Of a DNA stretch of 64,000 nt, positions 18,743-25,332 are shown piece after piece. How positions within the stretch are numbered: the first letter of the stretch is position 1; each line of letters begins with the position of its first letter. The DNA is from Vicinamibacterales bacterium (GTDB lineage: Bacteria > Acidobacteriota > Vicinamibacteria > Vicinamibacterales > UBA8438): NCBI GenBank assembly GCA_965204175.1, contig OZ241978.1:1044103-1108102 (forward strand), in the 5' to 3' direction. The notes beneath the pieces were generated by a model, which was not told where the DNA came from, searched no databases, and was given only the letters and a program-made list of their open reading frames with translations. The position numbers and the translations under genes were made by a program.

Positions 18743-20194
18743 ATGAACGCAACGCAGCAGCGGCCGGCGATTCTGCTGACCGGCGCGACCGGCTGCATCG
18801 GGGGACGGCTGCTCGCCGTGCTGGAAGCGCGCGGGCACCGGGTCCGCTGCCTGACGCGGCGCCCCGCGGCGCTGGACCAACGCGTGGGTCCGTACACCGG
18901 CGTCGTCCGCGGCGACTGCCTCGACCCGGCTTCGCTGCAGGGTGCCTTCGCGGGTGTCGCCACCGCGTACTATCTCGTCCACTCGATGGGGAGCGGGGTC
19001 GACTTCGAGGCGCAGGACCGCGCCGCGGCCTGCAACTTCGGGGAGGCGGCGCGGGCCGCCGGCGTGCGCCGCATCGTGTACATGGGCGGGCTCGGCGCGT
19101 CCGCCGGCCTCTCGCGGCACCTGCGGAGCCGACACGAGACCGGTGAGGTGCTGCGGGCGTCCGGCGTGCCGGTCATCGAGTTCCGCAGCGCCGTCGTGCT
19201 CGGGGCGGGCAGCCTCTCGTTCGAGCTGATCCGCGCCCTGGTCGAGCGGCTGCCGGTGATGATCTGCCCCTCGTGGGTCCGCACGCCGACGCAGCCGATC
19301 GCGCTCGCGGACCTGGTCGCGTATCTAGCGGCGGCGCTCTACCTGCCCCACGGCGGCAGCCGCGTCTTCGAGGTGGGCGGAGCGGACGTGGTGTCGTACG
19401 GCGGAATCATGCAGGAGTACGCCCGCCAGCGCGGCCTCCGGCGCCGGCTGATCCCGGTGCCGCTGCTGACGCCGCGCCTGTCGAGCCTCTGGCTCGGCCT
19501 GACCACGCCGGTCTACGCCCGCGTCGGCCGCGAGCTGATCGACGGGCTTCGCACGGCTACCGTGGTGAACGACGCCGCCGCACGCACGGCGTTCCGGGTC
19601 CGGCCCCGCGGGTTGCGGCAGGCCATCGCCGGGGCGCTGGAGGAAGAGGACGCCGCGTTCGCCGCCGGCCCATGGACGGAGACGGCGCTACAGGCCGGGA
19701 CGGGCCTGCGCTGGGGAGGCGTCCGTATCCGGACCCGGCTGATCCACTCGTGCGCCGCCGACGTGCCGGCGGCGCCGGCTGCCGCATTCGCGCCCATCCG
19801 GCGCATCGGCGGCGACAACGGCTGGTACTACGGCGACTGGCTGTGGCGTCTGCGCGGCCTCGTCGACCGGTTGCTCGGTGGGGTGGGTATGAGTCGTGGC
19901 CGGCGCGACCCGGAGCGGCTGGCGGAGGGCGACGTGCTGGACTGCTGGCGGGTGGAGGAGTACGAGCCCGATGCCCGCTTGCGGTTGGCCGCCGAAATGA
20001 AGGTGCCCGGCCGCGCCTGGCTGCAGTTCGACGTCACGCCGCGCGAAGGCGGAACCTGCACGGTGCGCCAGACCGCCGTCTTCGACGCGAGGGGGCTCTG
20101 GGGGCGCTTCTACTGGCACGCCCTGTACCCGGTGCACGTCGTTCTTTTCCGGGGGCTGGTCCAGAGCATCGCCCGGCGCGCGGTCGGCGCCTGA
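18743..20194 (+). CDS. NAD(P)-binding SDR-like protein with DUF2867-like C-terminal domain
   Basis: Rossmann motif LLTGATGCIGGRLL. ATG at 18743 was chosen because the track ORF start at 18680 overlaps vapC. Confidence 0.75.
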   Translation: MNATQQRPAILLTGATGCIGGRLLAVLEARGHRVRCLTRRPAALDQRVGPYTGVVRGDCLDPASLQGAFAGVATAYYLVHSMGSGVDFEAQDRAAACNFGEAARAAGVRRIVYMGGLGASAGLSRHLRSRHETGEVLRASGVPVIEFRSAVVLGAGSLSFELIRALVERLPVMICPSWVRTPTQPIALADLVAYLAAALYLPHGGSRVFEVGGADVVSYGGIMQEYARQRGLRRRLIPVPLLTPRLSSLWLGLTTPVYARVGRELIDGLRTATVVNDAAARTAFRVRPRGLRQAIAGALEEEDAAFAAGPWTETALQAGTGLRWGGVRIRTRLIHSCAADVPAAPAAAFAPIRRIGGDNGWYYGDWLWRLRGLVDRLLGGVGMSRGRRDPERLAEGDVLDCWRVEEYEPDARLRLAAEMKVPGRAWLQFDVTPREGGTCTVRQTAVFDARGLWGRFYWHALYPVHVVLFRGLVQSIARRAVGA

Positions 20195-20308
20195 GACAAC
20201 AACTCGACCGACTTTCGGCGGAAGAGGCAGGCCTGCTTCGGCGTATCGTCACGGACATGTACGGCGAATGAGTAACCATGAAAAATACTATCCCATGCGA
20301 GTATTATC

Positions 20309-21577
20309 ATGGTTTCTGTGGCGATTCACTTGATCCCCCGCGTTGCACAGGATCTGGTCATCCAGGCGCTTCGACGTTCCCCGGTCGTCGCCATCGTCGG
20401 GCCGCGCCAGTGCGGCAAGACCACGCTGGCGCGCCGGCTCGTGCCGGCCGATTCGCCCAACTACTTCGACCTCGAAGATCCCGTCAGCCTGGCCCGGTTG
20501 GACCAGCGGCTGACCGCGCTTCGCGACCTCACCGGCATCGTCGTCATCGACGAGGTGCAGCACCAGCCCGATTTGTTTCCGGCCCTGCGGGTGCTGGCTG
20601 ACCGCGACGACAACCCGGCCCGGTTCCTCGTGCTCGGCAGCGCCAGCCCCAACCTGCTGCGGCAGAGCGCCGAGTCGCTGGCCGGCCGCATCGAGTACAT
20701 CGAACTGGGCGGCTTCCAGCTCGCCGAGGTCGGTCCTGCGCAGATGTCGCGCCTCTGGATCCGGGGCGGGTTCCCGAGATCGTTCCTGGCCGCCGACGAC
20801 GCCGACAGCGCGGCGTGGCGGAAGGCGTTCGTCCGCACGTTCGTCGAGCGGGACCTGCCGCAGTTCGGCGCCGAGCTCCGGGCCCCGGCACTGCACCGGC
20901 TCCTGGCCATGCTGGCGCACTACCACGGGCAGATCCTCAACGTCGCCGAGCTGTCGACCGCGCTGAACGTCGCCCAGGCCACGGTGCGCAGATACCTGGA
21001 CCTGCTGGAGCAGCTCTTCCTGATTCGGCAGTTGCACCCGTGGCACGAAAACCTCCGCAAGCGGCAGGTCAAGCGCCCCAAGCTCTACGTTCGGGATCCC
21101 GGCCTGTATCACCACCTGATCGGCGTCGGCACGATGGATGCGCTGCAGACCCACCCGCGCATCGGCGCCTCGTGGGAGGGATTCATTCTCGAGAAGATGA
21201 TCGCCGAGTCCGCGCCGGACGAGGCTTACTTCTGGGCGACGCACAACGGCGCGGAGCTCGATCTGCTGCTGTTGGTCGAGGGACGGAGAGTGGGCGTCGA
21301 GATCAAGCGCGTGGACGCGCCCGGGCGCACCCGCTCGATGGCGGTTGCCTTGAACGACCTGCGGCTGGATGCCCTCTACGTGGCCTATCCGGGAGACGTG
21401 CGATACGTCATCGACGACCGCATCGCCGCGGTTCCGGCCGGTGTGCCCTTCTCGATGTTGGATACGCCGCAGGAACGCGTACTCGGACGTTATCGCGATC
21501 GTGACGGTGACGTGCCGGACTCGGTATTCGAACCGCTGACCGGGGTCGAGCTGGCTCCATGGGAAGGTGACGGATGA
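20309..21577 (+). CDS. AAA ATPase with DUF4143-like C-terminal domain
   Basis: Walker A GPRQCGKTT and Walker B VVIDEVQ. The last ~35 aa (…DVPDSVFEPLTGVELAPWEGDG) look like an antitoxin C-terminal tail rather than part of this family (see findings). Confidence 0.8.
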   Translation: MVSVAIHLIPRVAQDLVIQALRRSPVVAIVGPRQCGKTTLARRLVPADSPNYFDLEDPVSLARLDQRLTALRDLTGIVVIDEVQHQPDLFPALRVLADRDDNPARFLVLGSASPNLLRQSAESLAGRIEYIELGGFQLAEVGPAQMSRLWIRGGFPRSFLAADDADSAAWRKAFVRTFVERDLPQFGAELRAPALHRLLAMLAHYHGQILNVAELSTALNVAQATVRRYLDLLEQLFLIRQLHPWHENLRKRQVKRPKLYVRDPGLYHHLIGVGTMDALQTHPRIGASWEGFILEKMIAESAPDEAYFWATHNGAELDLLLLVEGRRVGVEIKRVDAPGRTRSMAVALNDLRLDALYVAYPGDVRYVIDDRIAAVPAGVPFSMLDTPQERVLGRYRDRDGDVPDSVFEPLTGVELAPWEGDG

Positions 21578-21959
21578 ACCTGCTGCTGGACACGTGCGCG
21601 TTGCTGTGGGCGTGGGGGCAGCCCGAGAAGCTCAACCGCCGGCGGCAGGGGTTGCTGCGCGATCCGCACAACCAGGTTTGGGTAAGTGCCGCGAGCGCCT
21701 GGGAACTGGCGACCAAGCATCGCGTCGGCAAGTTCCCGCACGGTGGACACATCGTCGCCGAGTGGGACGAGTGCATCGCACGGGATGGATTTCGCCAACT
21801 GGCCATCGCGTTCAGCCACGCGTTGCGAGCCGGCTCGATACCTGGCCGCATCGCGATCCGTTCGACCGCATGATCGCCGCCCAGGGCCTGATCGAGACGC
21901 TTCGCATCGCGACTCCGGATCCGGAAATCGCCGCTCTCGGCGCGGACACCATCTGGTGA
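21574..21959 (+). pseudogene. vapC: vapC-like PIN toxin gene with a -1 frameshift near 21830
   Basis: The N-terminal part reads MNLLLDTCALLWAW...VWVSAASAWELATKHRVGKF...SHALRAG in one frame. The conserved C-terminal part LDTWPHRDPFDRMIAAQGLIETLRIATPDPEIAALGADTIW continues in another frame. This is either a true frameshift or an assembly error. Confidence 0.7.
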
Positions 21960-22091
21960 AGCTCGCGGCGGCGTTCCGGGCCCGGAGACTATCGAACTCG
22001 TCCGCCGCGACCATGACGACCGCGTTCCGGCCGCGAGCCGAAAACGCCTTGCGGCCGACCGGCTGCTGCGAGTCGGACGGTACAAGGCAGA

Positions 22092-22200
22092 CACGGAATG
22101 AGGCCGCGGTCCAGAGGACCGCGGAACAGTTGCCGCCCCCCTTCGGAGCCAGGGGCCGTCGCAGACCTTTAATGAGGCCGCGGGTATTCCCGCGGAAGAG
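22092..22200 (-). CRISPR. degenerate mini-CRISPR: two repeat-like units flanking one 36-nt spacer
   Basis: On the minus strand, 22200->22166 reads CTCTTCCGCGGGAATACCCGCGGCCTCATTAAAGG and 22129->22092 reads CTGTTCCGCGGTCCTCTGGACCGCGGCCTCATTCCGTG. The array repeat is GTCTTCCGCGGGGAATACCCGCGGCCTCATTGAAGC. The spacing between the two units is exactly 36 nt. Confidence 0.6.
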
Positions 22201-22262
22201 GGATCCCGTGCCCGAGCCTTCTTCAAATGAGGGGCACAAAGTAGAATTCATCGACCTATCTG

Positions 22263-22282
22263 TTATCTGCTACGGCCCCTGG
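22263..22282 (+). promoter_or_regulatory. candidate Cascade-binding operator: TTA + 17-nt partial protospacer matching the mini-array spacer
   Basis: The + strand reads TTA|TCTGCTACGGCCCCTGG. The mini-array spacer 5' end is TCTGCGACGGCCCCTGG. Identity is 16/17 with the mismatch at position 6. The site lies in the AT-rich intergenic region upstream of the module 2 cas operon. Confidence 0.45.
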
Positions 22283-22398
22283 AGGAAATTATGTTATCAT
22301 GCCGGTCGAACGTGCGGTGAGCAGTTGCCCGGCGCCGGGAGGTCATCAGCGCGGCAACTCGCGCCAATCGAGTTCATCATTTCACGTGAGGAAGAGCG

Positions 22399-22587
22399 AT
22401 GACACGACGACTCATCATCGAGCAAACGGAGATCCGTTCGGAGACCTTACAGACCCGCTTCGATCTGTTGATCGACGATCCGCCGTCCGACAGCGGCACG
22501 ACGGCACCACCGGTCGCGCGCCGCGCGATGCCGGTTCCTGGATTCGACGCGCCAGCGAGCCTCGGTGAAACGGAGCACAATCGATGA
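22399..22587 (+). CDS. 62-aa hypothetical protein, first gene of the module 2 cas operon
   Basis: GAGGAAG Shine-Dalgarno lies about 7 nt upstream of the ATG. The stop overlaps the csb1 start (ATGA). My hand count of third-position GC is about 71% in this frame versus about 53% in the competing 89-aa frame (22299..22568). No family recognised. Confidence 0.5.
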   Translation: MTRRLIIEQTEIRSETLQTRFDLLIDDPPSDSGTTAPPVARRAMPVPGFDAPASLGETEHNR

Positions 22588-23894
22588 GCATGACGTTGAC
22601 GGCGTCGGTACTGATCGAGGCCATTGCCGAGCACGCGGCGTTTCGCCGGATCCAGCGTCTTCAGCCGGTCGGAGGGGCGGGGGACAAGCTTTTTCCGCCG
22701 ACCTACCCGCCGCCACCGGGGGCTCGACGGGACGCGCCGCCCCGACACGTGTTCGAACGGCGGCGCGTGAACGACGGCGACGTCTGGTGCGTGCTCATCG
22801 ACAGCGTGCAGAGTCAGGCCAACCGGTTGGAAGAAGCGCTGTTGTCGGCGGCCGAACGCGGTGGGATCCGGATCCCGTACGTGACGGTCGATTTTCGAGC
22901 CGCCGGCCTGGAACCACTGGAGCGGATCACGTCGCTCGATGCGCCGCACCGGGTCTACGACGCCATCTTGCGTGACAGCCTCATGGACGGTGCGCCTTTC
23001 ATGCAGAGCCAAGTGGGCAGGCGTCTGGCGGCCGCGAAGCCCGCCGACGCCACCGCGTTGCTGGAACTGTCGCCGACGGCGCTGTTGTTCGGAGCTTGGC
23101 ACAGCCAGGGCGAGGGCGGGGGCCTCGGCGCGAAGTTCCCGCGTGCGCTCGTCTCGGAGATCATGGGCATCGATACACCGGTTGAGGGAGTTCCCAATCA
23201 ACGCGAGCGCGAGGTGGCGCGGATCAGGTTGCACGATGGTGCTCAGATCATGGTCGACGAAGTTCCCAGGCCGCGAGCAGGTGAGTTGGAGCCGCGCACG
23301 GCCGGCCGGCGTACCGGGAGTCGGATCGATCCCTTGGGCGTACTCAGAAAGGTAGAGGTCTTCAAGGGGGGGTCGGGTTGGAGTCCCGATCCGAAGGAAG
23401 CCGGAACGCGCGCGAAGAAGGTGCGCCCGTCCGAGATCAATCACGGCAACATCGCGCCGACCGTCCAACCCTTGGGCGTCACATGCGCGTACGCTGAGCA
23501 TCGCGCAGTCATCACGCTGGCAGGCCTCAGACGGCTGCGGTTCGGCAGCGACGAGCGGACCGAGGCGGGACGGGCCCTGCTCGCGGCCCTCGGCCTCGTC
23601 GCATTGGTGGAGCAGGACGCAGGCGGCTACTCCTTGCGGTCGCGCTGCGATCTCGTCTGCGACGGTCCTGCACCGCTGGAGCTCGTACGAGCAGACGGCT
23701 CGACCGAAACCGTCGATCTCCATCGTGACGAGGCGCGGGCACTGTACACAGAAACGTACGCCCGCGCCGAGTCGGCAGGTTTTCGATTCGAGTCAATCGT
23801 GCTGACTCCACAGGACAAGCTGGTCGAGATCGTCCGGTGCAGCCGAGAGCTGGCGCTTGAGGGTGCCGGCGGCGAGGAGCCCGACAACTCATGA
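22584..23894 (+). CDS. csb1: type I-G/I-U Cas7 homolog (Csb1-like), module 2
   Basis: The N-terminal pattern RLQPVGGAGDKLFPPTY...VLIDSVQSQANRLEEAL parallels [17 protein letters not shown]...[16 protein letters not shown] in the module 1 Cas7. ELSPTALLFGAWHSQ parallels [14 protein letters not shown]. At 436 aa it is about 120 aa longer than the module 1 paralog. Confidence 0.8.
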   Translation: MSMTLTASVLIEAIAEHAAFRRIQRLQPVGGAGDKLFPPTYPPPPGARRDAPPRHVFERRRVNDGDVWCVLIDSVQSQANRLEEALLSAAERGGIRIPYVTVDFRAAGLEPLERITSLDAPHRVYDAILRDSLMDGAPFMQSQVGRRLAAAKPADATALLELSPTALLFGAWHSQGEGGGLGAKFPRALVSEIMGIDTPVEGVPNQREREVARIRLHDGAQIMVDEVPRPRAGELEPRTAGRRTGSRIDPLGVLRKVEVFKGGSGWSPDPKEAGTRAKKVRPSEINHGNIAPTVQPLGVTCAYAEHRAVITLAGLRRLRFGSDERTEAGRALLAALGLVALVEQDAGGYSLRSRCDLVCDGPAPLELVRADGSTETVDLHRDEARALYTETYARAESAGFRFESIVLTPQDKLVEIVRCSRELALEGAGGEEPDNS

Positions 23895-25330
23895 GTCTCG
23901 TTCTCGAGGTCGAATTCCTGACCGGCGCGTGCCGCGCGGCGCGAAGTCCGGCGAGCGAGGCGCCCGATTGGCCGCCGCAACCCGACCGCGTCTTCTCGGC
24001 GCTGGTCTGCGCGTGGGCCGTTCGAGGCGGCCGCCGGGACGAGCGACAGGCACTGGAGTGGTTGGAGGCACAGCCCGCGCCAGCCGTTCACGCCAGTAGT
24101 CACGCCGCCAGAACGGCGCCCGACGTCTTCGTGCCGCCGAATGACCTCAAGTTCTCGAAGACGGCGAAGACGTACATCAAGGTGATGCCGGACGCACGCC
24201 CGCGCCAGCCGCGCCGGTTTCCCGTTGCTCGTCCGGACGATCCGGTAATGGCCATCGTCTGGCCGGAAGCTCCCGGTCCCGATCTGCGCGAGTCGCTGGA
24301 CGGGGTCGCACGTGACGTCGCCTATCTGGGACACTCGACAAGCCTGGTGCGTTGTCGGTTTCTTCCGGGCGCCTCGGCGACGCTTACCCACCCTGGTGCA
24401 CCCGCGCGTCGCACCGTCTACCCCGGGCGCTTGGCGGAGTTGGAAGCAGCGTATCGGGCGAACCCGGTGCGCCCCGTGATTCGGCCGGGCGCCTCCGCGT
24501 CCCGGGCGCCTGCGATGTCGACGGGCGAACCGTCGGCCGAATGGCTGGTGCTCGAAGCGATTGAGGGACAGACGCCGGATCTCCGCGCCTCCGCGTTGGT
24601 CTGCCGCGCTCTGCGGCGAGCGCTGATGGGCGGCTACCGGCGTGCTGGCATGGGCGATGTGATTCCCGAGATCGTCTCGGGACATACAGCCGATCGCAGC
24701 CCGACCCGACTGCCCCATTTGGCGATCGTGCCGCTGGCTTTCGCCGGCTATCCGCATGCCGACGGCCGCGTGTTCGGTTTCGCCCTGGTGCCGCCTGCCG
24801 GCACGAACCTGCGGGCCGTCCCCGGTTTCGTTCGGGCCTTCGAAGAGGTTGCGCCCTACGATCCAGGGCAGGAGCGTCGCGTCCTGAAGCTGGAGGGAGC
24901 GCCGCTCGGCAAGCCGCTTCATCTCGCGCCCGCCGGCGCGACGACGACCCGCTCGCTCTCGCCGGCGCCGTACACGGAGTCGGCGCAGGTGTGGGCGAGC
25001 GTCACGCCGATTGTGCTCGACCGGCACCTGAAACGGAACGGCGACCGGGAGATCCGCGAGATCATCGCCGGCGCTTGCGAGAACGCCGGCTTGCCGCGTC
25101 CAGATCCGGATCGCGTTCAGGTCGGGAAGCACTCCGCCATCGAAGGTGCGCCGCCGGCGCGGCCGCCTGCCGGCGCGCCGCCCTGGACCCGCTGGAAGAC
25201 GCCCGAATCGCTCGCCACACGCTCGCTGGTTCATGTGATCGTCGATTTCGGACGCGCCACGACGGGCCCGGTACTGCTGGGTGCCGGCCGGTTCGCCGGC
25301 CTGGGGCTGTGCCGTCGCCTGGGGAGTTGA
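23891..25330 (+). CDS. csb2: type I-G/I-U Cas5-family protein (Csb2-like), module 2
   Basis: The N-terminus MSLVLEVEFLTGACRAA...DWPPQPDRVFSALVCAW parallels MFALAFRFPAGRYHATPW...AWPPEPWRLLRALIAAW of the module 1 Csb2. C-terminal glycine-rich RAMP loop GRFAGLGL. ATGA overlap with csb1. Confidence 0.75.
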   Translation: MSLVLEVEFLTGACRAARSPASEAPDWPPQPDRVFSALVCAWAVRGGRRDERQALEWLEAQPAPAVHASSHAARTAPDVFVPPNDLKFSKTAKTYIKVMPDARPRQPRRFPVARPDDPVMAIVWPEAPGPDLRESLDGVARDVAYLGHSTSLVRCRFLPGASATLTHPGAPARRTVYPGRLAELEAAYRANPVRPVIRPGASASRAPAMSTGEPSAEWLVLEAIEGQTPDLRASALVCRALRRALMGGYRRAGMGDVIPEIVSGHTADRSPTRLPHLAIVPLAFAGYPHADGRVFGFALVPPAGTNLRAVPGFVRAFEEVAPYDPGQERRVLKLEGAPLGKPLHLAPAGATTTRSLSPAPYTESAQVWASVTPIVLDRHLKRNGDREIREIIAGACENAGLPRPDPDRVQVGKHSAIEGAPPARPPAGAPPWTRWKTPESLATRSLVHVIVDFGRATTGPVLLGAGRFAGLGLCRRLGS

Positions 25331-25332
25331 TC

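Noticed and set aside
22299-22568. 89-aa ORF in the alternative frame over the small-ORF region upstream of csb1
   Set aside because: It has lower third-position GC than the 62-aa frame (about 53% versus 71% by hand count), no SD, and no coupling to csb1. The 62-aa frame is preferred, though neither is proven.
24991-25332. Upstream 114 codons of the 1141-aa cas3 (module 2) track ORF
   Set aside because: This stretch overlaps the 3' end of csb2 in another frame. Helicase-like sequence starts only at VDLGAADFGIFFRAIHG (25333).
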